This document shows positions 23,683-33,449 of a stretch of DNA of 64,000 nucleotides, in pieces; position 1 is the stretch's first letter; each line of letters opens with the position of its first letter. Source of the stretch: Pseudomonadota bacterium (lineage in GTDB: Bacteria > Pseudomonadota > Alphaproteobacteria > Sphingomonadales > Sphingomonadaceae); contig JBCCAH010000010.1 of NCBI GenBank assembly GCA_039814925.1, forward strand, positions 21,606 through 85,605, written 5' to 3'. Made by a program: the position numbers and the translations under genes. The notes beneath the pieces were generated by a model. That model saw only the letters and a list, made by a program, of their open reading frames with translations. It made no database searches and was not told the origin of the DNA.

Positions 23683-25053
23683 ATGAGCACACGCGAAGAC
23701 AACGGCGTTCCTGAGCCGATTATCGAAGGCCTCGATGACCTGGTCGCGCCCATGATCGGCGGCGAAAAGCCCGCCTCAGACTGGCGCATTGGCACAGAGC
23801 ATGAAAAGTTCGTCTACGCCCGCGACGATCGCCGCGCGCCTTCTTATGACGAGCCTGGCGGCATTCACGATATCCTTCTGGCTCTGACCGAGTTCGGCTG
23901 GGAGCCGATTGAGGAGAACGGCAAGGTCATCGCGATGAAGGGTCCTGATGGGACCGTCAGCCTCGAACCGGCGGGCCAGCTGGAACTGTCGGGCGCACCG
24001 CTCGAAAACCTGCACGAAACCTGCGCGGAAACGGGCCGACACCTGGCGCAGGTCAAGGAAATCGGCGACCGTTTTGGCGTCAGCTTTCTGGGCCTTGGCA
24101 TGTGGCCGGACAAGACCCGTGAAGACCTGCCGGTGATGCCCAAGGGGCGCTACAAGATCATGATGAACCATATGCCGAAGGTCGGCTCGCTGGGTCTCGA
24201 CATGATGCTGCGCACCTGCACCATTCAGGTGAACCTCGACTATCGTAGCGAAGCCGACATGGTGAAGAAGTTTCGCGTCGGCCTCGCGCTGCAACCGCTC
24301 GCCACCGCTTTGTTCGCCAACTCGCCCTTCACCGAGGGCAGGCCCAACGGCTATCTCTCCTATCGCAGTCACATCTGGTCGGACACCGATCCGCACCGCA
24401 CCGGGATGCTGCCCTTCGTCTTCGAAGACGGTTTCGGCTATGAACGTTGGGCGCAGTATATGCTCGATGTGCCGATGTATTTCGTGTTTCGCGATGGAAA
24501 GTACATTGACGCCGCCGGGCTTTCGTTCCGCGACTTTATGGATGGCAAGCTGCCCGTCCTGCCCGGCGAACGCCCCACGGCGAGCGATTGGTGGGATCAC
24601 CTCTCCACCGCCTTCCCCGAAGTGCGGCTGAAAAGCTTCCTCGAAATGCGCGGCGCCGATGGCGGCCCGTGGAGCCGGATCTGCGCGCTGCCCGCTTTGT
24701 GGGTGGGCTTGCTCTACGATCAGGGCGCGCTCGACGCGGCGTGGGACTTGGTCAAAGGCTGGACCATGGAAGAACGCGAGGCGCTGCGAAACGACGCGCC
24801 GCGCCTTGGCCTCGACGCCGCGCTGCCCGGCAGCGGCACGATGCAGGATCTGGGCAAACAGGTGCTCGAGATCGCGCGCTCAGGCCTCACCGCCCGCGCG
24901 CGCCTCAATGGGGCGGGCGACAACGAAACCGGCTACCTCGAAACGCTCGACGAGATCGTGAAATCGGGCAAGGTGCCGGCGCAAAGGCTCCTTGACGCTT
25001 ACAACGGCGACTGGGGCGAAGACGTCGGCCACGTCTACAAATATTCGTTCTAG
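23683..25053 (+). CDS. gshA: Glutamate--cysteine ligase (alphaproteobacterial/plant type)
   Basis: IGTEHEKF, LEPAGQLELSG, QVNLDY, EMRGADGGP. Confidence 0.94.
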   Translation: MSTREDNGVPEPIIEGLDDLVAPMIGGEKPASDWRIGTEHEKFVYARDDRRAPSYDEPGGIHDILLALTEFGWEPIEENGKVIAMKGPDGTVSLEPAGQLELSGAPLENLHETCAETGRHLAQVKEIGDRFGVSFLGLGMWPDKTREDLPVMPKGRYKIMMNHMPKVGSLGLDMMLRTCTIQVNLDYRSEADMVKKFRVGLALQPLATALFANSPFTEGRPNGYLSYRSHIWSDTDPHRTGMLPFVFEDGFGYERWAQYMLDVPMYFVFRDGKYIDAAGLSFRDFMDGKLPVLPGERPTASDWWDHLSTAFPEVRLKSFLEMRGADGGPWSRICALPALWVGLLYDQGALDAAWDLVKGWTMEEREALRNDAPRLGLDAALPGSGTMQDLGKQVLEIARSGLTARARLNGAGDNETGYLETLDEIVKSGKVPAQRLLDAYNGDWGEDVGHVYKYSF

Positions 25054-25092
25054 GCCGTGAACTCATAGTCAGGGCCTAAGGGGAGACATGCG

Positions 25093-25395
25093 ATGCTGAT
25101 GGTGATTGGAACAGCCAAACTGGGCGAAGGCGCAATCGACGCCGGGCGCGACGCGCTCGAAGCGATGATCACCGCATCGCGCGAAGAAGACGGTTGCATT
25201 GACTACGCCTACTCGATCGACATTCTGGACCCTTCGATCATGCGGATTACCGAGAAATGGGTCGATGAGGCGGCTCTCGTCACGCATTTTCAAACGCCGC
25301 ATATGGCCGCTTTTCAGCAGGCGCTGGCGAGCCTTGATGTGACGATCCTCGACGTGAAGAAATTCCAGGCGGACGACGGCGCGCCGCTGATGTAG
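25093..25395 (+). CDS. Putative quinol monooxygenase (ABM domain)
   Basis: SREEDGCIDY, EKW, HFQTPHM; GGAG RBS. Confidence 0.85.
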   Translation: MLMVIGTAKLGEGAIDAGRDALEAMITASREEDGCIDYAYSIDILDPSIMRITEKWVDEAALVTHFQTPHMAAFQQALASLDVTILDVKKFQADDGAPLM

Positions 25396-25398
25396 GCG

Positions 25399-26790
25399 TT
25401 ACTCAGCCGGTTCGGCCTGAGCGCTCGGACCGGCTTGCGACGTAGCGCGGCTGAGCAACCGGCGTTTGAGCCGGGCCAGGGGCGCGGTGATGACGCCGTT
25501 CTCTTCCATCCACGCGTGGTATTCGCGGTATTTGGGGTCTTCGGCCAGCAAATGCGCCTCTTCGGTGCGCGCGCGCCAGTAATAGATCGCGTTGACGACA
25601 CCCAGGAAGAAACAGTTGCGAATGACGTCCACCACAGATCCGCTCGTGGCGAAGATCGGCATGAAGAAACACCACCAATAGAGGTTCTTCGAAAGGTAGG
25701 CCGGGTGGCGGGTGTAGCGGTACGGGCCGTTGGTGATGACCCCTCGATAAGTGAGGTTGGAAAACCGGATGCCAAAAATGAACGTCGCCCACGCGTAGGC
25801 AAAGGTGAGCAGCACCAGCCATCCGGCCCACAGCCACAACATCGCGTCGCTGCCCATCAGCCAGTAATCCCACTTCGCGCCGTTCATCTCGTAATTGAGC
25901 ACGCCGCCCGCGCCAAAGACACCCCATGCAAAAGGTGGGTAGCACACCAAAGCCGCAATCCAGCCAGCGAAGAACGGGTTGCCCGAACGGATATGCGCAT
26001 CGAGCGGACGCAGCGTGAAAATGTAGCCAACCGTTCCGATCTGCACGTCGATCATAAACAGCAGCGTGACCAAGAACATGCCCAGTTCCACCGGGTTGTT
26101 CAGAATTGCGCTGGGCTGCGCTTCGACCACAAAGGCGAAACCGCCGGGCAAGATCGAGATCATGAAGGCGCTGAAGAAGCCTTTGATAATCCAGGCGCGC
26201 CAATGCTTTTTGACCGGCTCAGCCTCCCACGGCTCGCGCGTGATCAGCATCGCGCCGAAATGCCACGCGCCGTCTTTGGGATCGACCATATAGCGGTCGA
26301 GCCACATGACATAGGGCACGCTCAAAAGCACCATAGGCACCAGCGCGACCGCCAGCACCTTGATCGCGAACAGATAGTCGCCCTCCCAATACCACCGCGC
26401 GAGGCAATAGAGCGCGGCGAGGCCCGCCCATGTCGCCCACAGACCGGCAATTTTGACGGTGGAGATCGACATAACCTCGGGCCATGGCCGCTTAAGCGAC
26501 CAGTCAAGGCCAGTCGATGGGCGCAGATGCACACGGTCCACCGCAACGCTCCACAAGGCCATCGGTCCGGCGGTGAACACCATCGTCATGAGCGCCGCGT
26601 AGGGTCCGGATAGAACTTCTCGCGGGCCCGGTAGATCAAGCCATTCCGCGGTCAGCGGATAGGTGCGGCAAAACAGGATCCACACCGCAAGGCCCAGCAG
26701 GCCAGCAATTCCCACGCCCGATGACACGTCGCTCTCGGGTCGGCGCGCAGGCGTGGGTGTAGAGACGATTGAGGGCGTCGCTTCGCTCAT
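25399..26790 (-). CDS. Polytopic membrane protein with C-terminal isoprenylcysteine carboxyl methyltransferase (ICMT/PEMT)-like domain
   Basis: RFSNLTYRGVITNGPYRYTRHPAYL, RARTEEAHL. Confidence 0.75.
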   Translation of the reverse strand: MSEATPSIVSTPTPARRPESDVSSGVGIAGLLGLAVWILFCRTYPLTAEWLDLPGPREVLSGPYAALMTMVFTAGPMALWSVAVDRVHLRPSTGLDWSLKRPWPEVMSISTVKIAGLWATWAGLAALYCLARWYWEGDYLFAIKVLAVALVPMVLLSVPYVMWLDRYMVDPKDGAWHFGAMLITREPWEAEPVKKHWRAWIIKGFFSAFMISILPGGFAFVVEAQPSAILNNPVELGMFLVTLLFMIDVQIGTVGYIFTLRPLDAHIRSGNPFFAGWIAALVCYPPFAWGVFGAGGVLNYEMNGAKWDYWLMGSDAMLWLWAGWLVLLTFAYAWATFIFGIRFSNLTYRGVITNGPYRYTRHPAYLSKNLYWWCFFMPIFATSGSVVDVIRNCFFLGVVNAIYYWRARTEEAHLLAEDPKYREYHAWMEENGVITAPLARLKRRLLSRATSQAGPSAQAEPAE

Positions 26791-26897
26791 TACCCTCAAG
26801 CCCTTAGCGCGAAAGGGTTAATGAGCGGTCCACAACTGCGGCGCCGTCCTATTGGCGGACAGTGCCACGGGCACAGGTTAACGCGGCAAAACCGAGC

Positions 26898-28262
26898 CTA
26901 TTTCCAGGCGTGAATCGTCCCACCATCGTCGAGCACGTAAAGGTACCCGTCGGCGACAACCGGCGCGAGGCTGATCGGATCGTCGAGCTCAGCGAACAAT
27001 TGCGCAGAGCCTTCGGCGACGCTCACGCGCCAGACTTCACCTTGTGAGTTGGCGACCCACAGCTGGTTGCCCGCCAGCACTGGCCCCATCCAGAAGATCG
27101 GGTCCTTCTTCTTCTCTTCCTTGCGGTATTGCGGCAGCTGCGAGATCCAGCGGACCTGTCCGTTGGTCCGCGCAATCGCCAACAGGCGCGCGTCATCGGT
27201 CAGCGTGAAAACCCACTCACCGGCAATTGCGGGGGTGGAGATACCGGCAAGGTTCAGTTCCCAGATACGCTGGCCGGTGACCAGCTCATAAGCCGCCATA
27301 CGACCGCCCTGCCCAAGGGCGTAAACGCGGCCCGAATCGATAATTGGATCGGCGTCGATGTCGGTGAGCGAGCTCACCTGCGTCGAGATATTGGTGCGCG
27401 CCAAAGCGTCTGCCCACAGCTCGCGCCCGTTTTCATAACGATAGGCGGTCAATTCGCCGCTGGAATAACCGGCCACGATCGTACCCTGCCCCGCCGCCGG
27501 GGCCGCGACGCCAAACACGCCGGATTGCGCGGACGAACCGCCCTTGTTCCAGACAATTTCACCATTCGTCGCGTCGAGCGAGATGATTTGGTTGTCCTGC
27601 GTCATGACATAGACTTGGCCAAAGGCGATGGTCGGTGATCCACGCAAAGGCCCTGAGGGCTTCACTTTCCAGATGCGCTCGCCGGTTTCGGCGTTCTTAG
27701 CCTTCACTTCGCCGACGCCATTGGTTGCGTAGACCACGCCGTTATCGTAGCTGACGCCGCCGCCGAATGCGCTGGGACGCATGTCGTCGTCCATATCGTC
27801 TTCGGCCTTGCGCCAGATTTCGGCGCCGGTCTTCTTGTCAAAGGCGTGGATGGTCCCGTCGGTGCCTTCCACAAACAGCTTGTTGCTGCCCACAACCGGC
27901 GAAGCAGCCAAACGTTCGCGGTTGCTCGAACCAGCAATGCGCGCGCTCCACACCTTCGTCGGATTCTGCGCTAATTGCAGGTGGCCGTAAGACTTGCTGG
28001 CCGCGCCGCCAACCTGCGACCATTCGGGATTGGGCAGCGCGGGCGGCAGAACCACCGTCACGCCTTCGAGCCCCGGATTAACCGCCGTTCCGCTTTCAAT
28101 GCGCGACAGGATCGGCGTACGGTCGCCGATGGTCGGCGTGGTCTTCTCGCGCTTTCCGAACAGGCCATTGCCTGCGCAGCCGGTCAGCGCCGCGGCCAAA
28201 GCCCCCGCTATCAACGCGGTTCGCGCGCCTTTCTTGAGGCTGAGTGTTGTCGTCTTGGTCAT
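26898..28262 (-). CDS. bamB: PQQ-like beta-propeller lipoprotein, BamB
   Basis: Lipobox LTGC; repeated G.xxW propeller blades (TGAEIW, TGERIW, NGEIVW, TGQRIW); directly after a YfgM-like gene. Confidence 0.8.
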   Translation of the reverse strand: MTKTTTLSLKKGARTALIAGALAAALTGCAGNGLFGKREKTTPTIGDRTPILSRIESGTAVNPGLEGVTVVLPPALPNPEWSQVGGAASKSYGHLQLAQNPTKVWSARIAGSSNRERLAASPVVGSNKLFVEGTDGTIHAFDKKTGAEIWRKAEDDMDDDMRPSAFGGGVSYDNGVVYATNGVGEVKAKNAETGERIWKVKPSGPLRGSPTIAFGQVYVMTQDNQIISLDATNGEIVWNKGGSSAQSGVFGVAAPAAGQGTIVAGYSSGELTAYRYENGRELWADALARTNISTQVSSLTDIDADPIIDSGRVYALGQGGRMAAYELVTGQRIWELNLAGISTPAIAGEWVFTLTDDARLLAIARTNGQVRWISQLPQYRKEEKKKDPIFWMGPVLAGNQLWVANSQGEVWRVSVAEGSAQLFAELDDPISLAPVVADGYLYVLDDGGTIHAWK

Positions 28263-28285
28263 CGTAAATTTTCCGTCCATAGATC

Positions 28286-29089
28286 TTATTGCGCTGGTGC
28301 GGCGCCTCCCGGCGCTCCCTCGACACCAGCGGCATCCGGAGCGACCCCTTGCTCTTCAAGCAACGCTTCCACATCTTCGACCGCATCAACTCCCAATTGA
28401 CCGGTCATCTGCAAGGCCCGGTCGCGCAGGCTTCCGGGCAGATCTTCGTTTTTGGCAATGGCGGCGAACAAGGCGCCCGCTTCGTCGCGGTTGCCCGCTT
28501 CCAGATGCGCAATCGCGGTCAGTTCCGCGGCGCTGCCGTAGAACGCGTTCTCTGGCGTGGCCAGAATGGCAAGCTTGGCGATCACATCGGCGGGTGCGCG
28601 ATCGTCAAAATTCGTTGTGACTTCGCGCAAGGTCGCCAGATCGCGCAGACCCTTCGGCGCCTCTTCGTCTGCCGCAACCTGGGCGTAGAGTTCAACCGCG
28701 CGATCGGGCTCCGAGGATTCCAACGATGCGGCGGCCTGCAACAACCGTGCGGCGGTGCGTACGCCAACCGTCTCGTTGTCGAGCAGAGGCTGGGTGCGAT
28801 CTTTGACCGAAGCAAAATCTTCCGCCTGTGCGTAGTCCAGCACGGCGACCAATTGCTCTGAATCGGCCTCAAGACCGGCCTCAACTTGTGAATCCCAGAA
28901 AAGGTAGCCCGCCAGGCCTAGCAAGATCACGGCCAATGCCGATCCCAAGGGCACGCCATAATTGCGCACAAACTCAGCCGCGTCATCCTTGCGCACGGCC
29001 TCGTCAATTTCGCGCATCACCACCTCATCTTCGGCGGAGAGTTCGGGCGTGTCAGAATTCGGGTTTGAAGGTGTCGGGGTACGCGCCAC
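28286..29089 (-). CDS. YfgM-like TPR membrane protein
   Basis: REIDEAVRKD, single TM, helical TPR-like C-terminus; canonical yfgM-bamB order. Confidence 0.8.
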   Translation of the reverse strand: MARTPTPSNPNSDTPELSAEDEVVMREIDEAVRKDDAAEFVRNYGVPLGSALAVILLGLAGYLFWDSQVEAGLEADSEQLVAVLDYAQAEDFASVKDRTQPLLDNETVGVRTAARLLQAAASLESSEPDRAVELYAQVAADEEAPKGLRDLATLREVTTNFDDRAPADVIAKLAILATPENAFYGSAAELTAIAHLEAGNRDEAGALFAAIAKNEDLPGSLRDRALQMTGQLGVDAVEDVEALLEEQGVAPDAAGVEGAPGGAAPAQ

Positions 29090-29238
29090 GGCAGCCAGGT
29101 ATCCTCATGCAATTCTTGTCTTTGATGCGCGGCCTTAATCGTTGGATTTGGCGGGCGCAATGGCAGCATTCAGCTTGTGCCGTATCCAATCGACCAAGGG
29201 CACGCTTGCCAGATGGCCTGGGCATGCGCGTCCACACT

Positions 29239-29253
29239 TGAACCTTAGGTTAA
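29239..29253 (-). promoter_or_regulatory. Possible CtrA site upstream of yfgM-bamB
   Basis: Minus strand TTAA-CCTAAGG-TTCA, one mismatch to TTAA-N7-TTAA. Confidence 0.3.
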
Positions 29254-29271
29254 GAGCCGGCGTTTGACCGA

Positions 29272-30414
29272 TCAGAAATCGCGATCCATCGCGCTGGCGT
29301 AGATCGTCCGGTACCGCTCCACCATGCGTTCCTGATCGAATTGCGCGCGCGCTTTTGCGCGGTTAGCCGCCCCGATTTCCGCACGGCCTTCGGGGTCTCC
29401 CGCCAGTTCATCGAGCGCGTTTGCGAGCGCGGCGACGTCGCCGGGCGGCGTGATGTAGTCGATGTTTTCCTTTGCCACGATCGAGGCGATGTCGCCCACC
29501 GCTGGCGCCGCCACCGGCAGCCCCGCCGCCATGGCTTCGACCACCGAAAGCGGGAATTGCTCGCTGCGCGATGAAAGCGCGAAAATGTCGAACAGCCCGA
29601 TCACGCTCGCCGGATCGCTGATCGCGCCGGGCAAGTGGACGCGGTGGTCCACTTCATGGCGGGTCGCGGCCTCGCGGATGGCCTTTCGTTCTGGTCCTTC
29701 GCCCAGGATCACGAGATGCCAGTTCTCCGGCAGATCCTTGATTGCTTCGACCAGCATCGGAAGTTGCTTTACGGCGCGGAGCCCTGCCAGCGTCCCGATC
29801 CAACGCTCGCCATCGCGTTTGACGACGCGCAGCGCCGAAGGGTTCGCCTTTTTGCCAAAAGCAGCGGTGTCGATGCCGTTGGGAATGCGCGTAATCCGCT
29901 CGCGCGGCTGGCCCCATTTGGTCAGCGCAATCCGCTCCAGCACCCCGCTCGGCACCACAAGGCCATTGGTGCGCCACAGCGCCATGCGACGATACCAGTT
30001 GCGGCTGGTTTTGAGCTGATCGGCTTCGTCATCGTTGAAGCCATCTTCGTGATGAATCAGCGGCGGCAAGCCAAACTGCTGACCAAAGGTCGTGTGCGCC
30101 ATCACCGCGTCCATCGCGCCCCAATTGTAGGTGAGAACGAGGTCAAATCCCTCCATCTCCCGCGCAATGGTGACCAATCGCCCCGGCGTCGGTCGCCCAG
30201 TCAGGCTCGGAAAATCAGTGGGAAAGCGCACGCGCACCTTGCGATCAATCAGCTCACGCGCGCCCATTTGATCGGGCATGCCCGAAACGATCGTGTGATC
30301 CGCCGCTTTGCCAAAGGCATTCATGAGTTGCACTGCGCGGCGCTCTTTGCCGCCCGCGCTGAACGTCGAATGGCAATGCAGAATGCGGACAGGGCCGCCC
30401 TTAATCTTGCTCAT
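29272..30414 (-). CDS. Glycosyltransferase family 4
   Basis: HHEDGF, IPNGID, SRSEQFPLSVVEAMAAG (E-x7-E). Confidence 0.9.
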   Translation of the reverse strand: MSKIKGGPVRILHCHSTFSAGGKERRAVQLMNAFGKAADHTIVSGMPDQMGARELIDRKVRVRFPTDFPSLTGRPTPGRLVTIAREMEGFDLVLTYNWGAMDAVMAHTTFGQQFGLPPLIHHEDGFNDDEADQLKTSRNWYRRMALWRTNGLVVPSGVLERIALTKWGQPRERITRIPNGIDTAAFGKKANPSALRVVKRDGERWIGTLAGLRAVKQLPMLVEAIKDLPENWHLVILGEGPERKAIREAATRHEVDHRVHLPGAISDPASVIGLFDIFALSSRSEQFPLSVVEAMAAGLPVAAPAVGDIASIVAKENIDYITPPGDVAALANALDELAGDPEGRAEIGAANRAKARAQFDQERMVERYRTIYASAMDRDF

Positions 30415-30436
30415 TTGAGACGCCCCAGTTTCCCGA

Positions 30437-31309
30437 TCAGGCCAGCGTGGCAAGCCACGCGTCAATCGCGGCGCGCGCTTCGGGTTCGTCAAGGCTCGGT
30501 GCGTGACCCACACGCGGAACGGTGACCGCGGTCATCATCGGATTACGCGCGCCCATTTGCTTGACCGTGTCGGGTGAGAGCAAGTCTGACAATTCCCCGC
30601 GCACCAGCACCATCGGCACACCGCTCAGCGCCTCATAGGCGAGCCACAGATTGTCTGGTGCCGCGTTGCCTGGTTCGGAAAAGGGATCAGCGATCGCCAT
30701 ATCGTAATCGTAGCTGATCCGACCGTTCTGGCTCACCACCAAGGTCCGTTTGGCCATCTGCAGCCATTGATCGAGGTCCCAATCGGGAAACGCCTCGCCA
30801 TGAACTGATTGCAGCGATTTGGCCGCGTGCATCCAGGTCGGATAACTGCGCCCTTGTCCGACATAACCGCCAATCCGCTCAAGCCCTGCCGGATCGACCT
30901 CGGGACCGATATCGTTGAACAACACTCCCTCAAGCCGTCCGGGCTTTGCCGCCGCCAACAGCATCGTAATCAGCCCGCCCATCGATGTCCCGACCGAGAT
31001 GAAGCGTTCAACGCCAAGGTCTTTGAACAAAATCTCCAGATCCTGAACATATTGGAGAGGCGTGTAGGTGCTGGAATCGGACGAGTATTCGCTGAAACCG
31101 CGCCCGCGCATTTCGGGCACGAACACGCGGCGACCCTGGGCGGCGATATGTTCAGCCAAGCTTTCAAAATCGCGCGAATTGCGGGTCAAGCCGTGCAGAC
31201 AAAAGACAGGCAGTTTATCCGCCGCACCCTCTCCGCCCGCGTAATCGCGATAGAACAGCGACAAGCCGTCCGCGCTCGTCCAGCGCTTTTCCTCATAGCT
31301 TTCGGGCAT
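30437..31309 (-). CDS. Alpha/beta fold hydrolase
   Basis: CLHGLTRN, GTSMGG nucleophile elbow, RGELSDLL, GHAP. Confidence 0.9.
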   Translation of the reverse strand: MPESYEEKRWTSADGLSLFYRDYAGGEGAADKLPVFCLHGLTRNSRDFESLAEHIAAQGRRVFVPEMRGRGFSEYSSDSSTYTPLQYVQDLEILFKDLGVERFISVGTSMGGLITMLLAAAKPGRLEGVLFNDIGPEVDPAGLERIGGYVGQGRSYPTWMHAAKSLQSVHGEAFPDWDLDQWLQMAKRTLVVSQNGRISYDYDMAIADPFSEPGNAAPDNLWLAYEALSGVPMVLVRGELSDLLSPDTVKQMGARNPMMTAVTVPRVGHAPSLDEPEARAAIDAWLATLA

Positions 31310-31405
31310 GGTGAGCCACAGTCCCTTCATCGAAACGGTCGGGCACGCTCTTGCGCGGGATATTCGCGCCTTGCAAGCGGCAACTTAGAGACCCACTATC
31401 GGCCC

Positions 31406-32812
31406 ATGAGCGAACCGACGCAACACAACGCCTATCGGCCCGATCCGCAGATCACCCAACTGGCCAGTTGGCTGGGATCGCCGGTGGAGGCGGCGGATTT
31501 CCCCGAGACATACATCCGTTTTCGCAACGATAAGGCCGCAGCAAGCGTAGGCTTGGAGGATTTGAGTAACGAGGACTGGGCACGCCATTTCGGCCGGTTT
31601 GAACCGCTCGAAGGCAATCTGCCCCAACCCTTGGCGCTCAAATATCACGGGCACCAATTCCGCACCTACAACCCCGAAATCGGTGATGGACGCGGCTTCC
31701 TGTACGCACAGATGCGAGGGAATGATGGGCGCTTGATGGATTTGGGGACCAAGGGTTCAGGCCAGACACCATACAGCCGCGCGGGCGATGGCCGGCTGAC
31801 GTTGAAAGGCGCGGTGCGTGAAATTCTGGCGACCGAGATGCTGGAGGCGCTGGGCGTCAACACATCGAAGACTTTCAGCGTGGTCGAAACAGGCGAGGAG
31901 CTGTGGCGCAACGATGAACCCTCCCCCACCCGTTCCGCGGTGATGGTGCGACTGAGCCATTCGCATATCCGCATAGGTACATTTCAGCGGTTGATGGCGC
32001 TTGAGGAGCCGGAGAACCTGGCCGCGTTAATCGACTACGCTTTGACCCAGTTCCCCGGCAACAAGCCGCCTCAAGACGCTCCCGGACGCGACGAACCGGC
32101 GGTTTGGTTGATGCATCAGGTGGTTGAGCGCATGGCGGATCTCGCCGCCAGTTACATGGTCGCTGGCTTTGTTCATGGCGTCCTCAACACCGACAACATG
32201 AATATCACCGGCGAAAGCTTTGATTACGGCCCCTGGCGCTGGCTGCCCACGTGGGAGCCGAGCTTTACCGCCGCCTATTTCGATCACGGCGGGCTCTACG
32301 CTTTTGGCCGCCAGCCCGAAGCGCTGCACTGGAACTGCGCTCAATTGGCCATCGCGCTCAGGCCTCTGGCAGAAAGTGATCCGCTGGTCGAAGCGCTGAA
32401 CCGATTTGGGCCCCTGTATATGGAAGCGATTGCCCGGCGATGGTGTTGGCGTTTGGGAGTCGTTCAGCGTGGCTCTGAGGCCGATACGCAACTTGTTTCG
32501 GTTTGCGAAAAAGCCATGCGCGACGCTGAACAAGGGCCTGATGCGTTCTTCTTCGGCCATCGCGGGGGACGCGGTCTCGGCAGCGCGCCGGATGAGCTAG
32601 TAGACGCGCTGGAAGGCTATGAACCAACGCCATCGGCTCATGACTATTGGAGCGATTCAGAACCTCAATCGATGTTGATCGAAGAGGTCGAAGACATCTG
32701 GTCTGCAATTGATGAGCGCGACGATTGGGCGCCGCTGACGGCCAAGGTCGATGCGCTCCGGTGGATGGGAAAGGCCCACGGGCCTGCTCCCACACCCGCC
32801 GGTCACGCGTAG
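31406..32812 (+). CDS. selO: Protein adenylyltransferase SelO/YdiU family
   Basis: YHGHQF, GDGRG, KGSGQTPYSRAGDGRL, HGVLNTDNM, DYGP; ATG at 31406. Confidence 0.92.
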   Translation: MSEPTQHNAYRPDPQITQLASWLGSPVEAADFPETYIRFRNDKAAASVGLEDLSNEDWARHFGRFEPLEGNLPQPLALKYHGHQFRTYNPEIGDGRGFLYAQMRGNDGRLMDLGTKGSGQTPYSRAGDGRLTLKGAVREILATEMLEALGVNTSKTFSVVETGEELWRNDEPSPTRSAVMVRLSHSHIRIGTFQRLMALEEPENLAALIDYALTQFPGNKPPQDAPGRDEPAVWLMHQVVERMADLAASYMVAGFVHGVLNTDNMNITGESFDYGPWRWLPTWEPSFTAAYFDHGGLYAFGRQPEALHWNCAQLAIALRPLAESDPLVEALNRFGPLYMEAIARRWCWRLGVVQRGSEADTQLVSVCEKAMRDAEQGPDAFFFGHRGGRGLGSAPDELVDALEGYEPTPSAHDYWSDSEPQSMLIEEVEDIWSAIDERDDWAPLTAKVDALRWMGKAHGPAPTPAGHA

Positions 32813-32831
32813 TCTCTGTTGGCGCTTAGAC

Positions 32832-33431
32832 CTATTGGCGGCCTGGACGCGGTTGCGCCTGCGCCATTTCCGCCGGTTGCAGATCGATCCCCGCGAGTTT
32901 CCAACGACCTTGTTCCCATTGGAAGAACATGTCGAAAGTGATCGAGATCGGTCGCAACTGGAACAGACCTTTCACGCGGAAGAGATCCTCACGCACCATT
33001 TGCGGCGCTTCGTAATAGGTTGGCGGGACCAACAAAGCGGTCGACAGATCGATATTCGAATTGCGCAATCCGGCGAAAATCTCGGTAAGCTTGGCCGGGT
33101 TGTAATTGATCTGGAACGGCTGAGCTGAAATGTCGCGCAGGACCGAATAATTGCCCGATCGGTTGGCGTGATCGACAGCGGCCACGGTCGACCAGATCAT
33201 ACGTGAAAGCTCAAGCTGGCTTGGCGTGGGGCGCAGCGACGGCGGAGGCTGCACGCTGGGTTGCTGCAGACTGCCCCCCGGCTGAACCTGCGCGGCGGCT
33301 GGCGTTGAACCAATGCCGAAGGCTATCGCCCCCATCAGGGCAAGAGCAGAAACGCCAATTCGGGCGGCGGTGAAACGAAATGCCGGGGCGCAGGGCCCCG
33401 GCATCGTTCTTTGAGTCGAGATCATTTTCAT
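32832..33431 (-). CDS. Hypothetical exported protein directly downstream of the autotransporter
   Basis: Signal-like segment ending TPAAA-Q; HANRSGNYSVLRD ... WEQGRWKL; 18-bp gap to the adhesin stop. Confidence 0.75.
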   Translation of the reverse strand: MKMISTQRTMPGPCAPAFRFTAARIGVSALALMGAIAFGIGSTPAAAQVQPGGSLQQPSVQPPPSLRPTPSQLELSRMIWSTVAAVDHANRSGNYSVLRDISAQPFQINYNPAKLTEIFAGLRNSNIDLSTALLVPPTYYEAPQMVREDLFRVKGLFQLRPISITFDMFFQWEQGRWKLAGIDLQPAEMAQAQPRPGRQ

Positions 33432-33449
33432 GATCGTATGTCTATCGGC

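Noticed and set aside
30809-31405. 199-aa N-terminal extension of SelO in the ORF track
   Set aside because: Overlaps the hydrolase gene on the opposite strand; homology begins at ATG 31406
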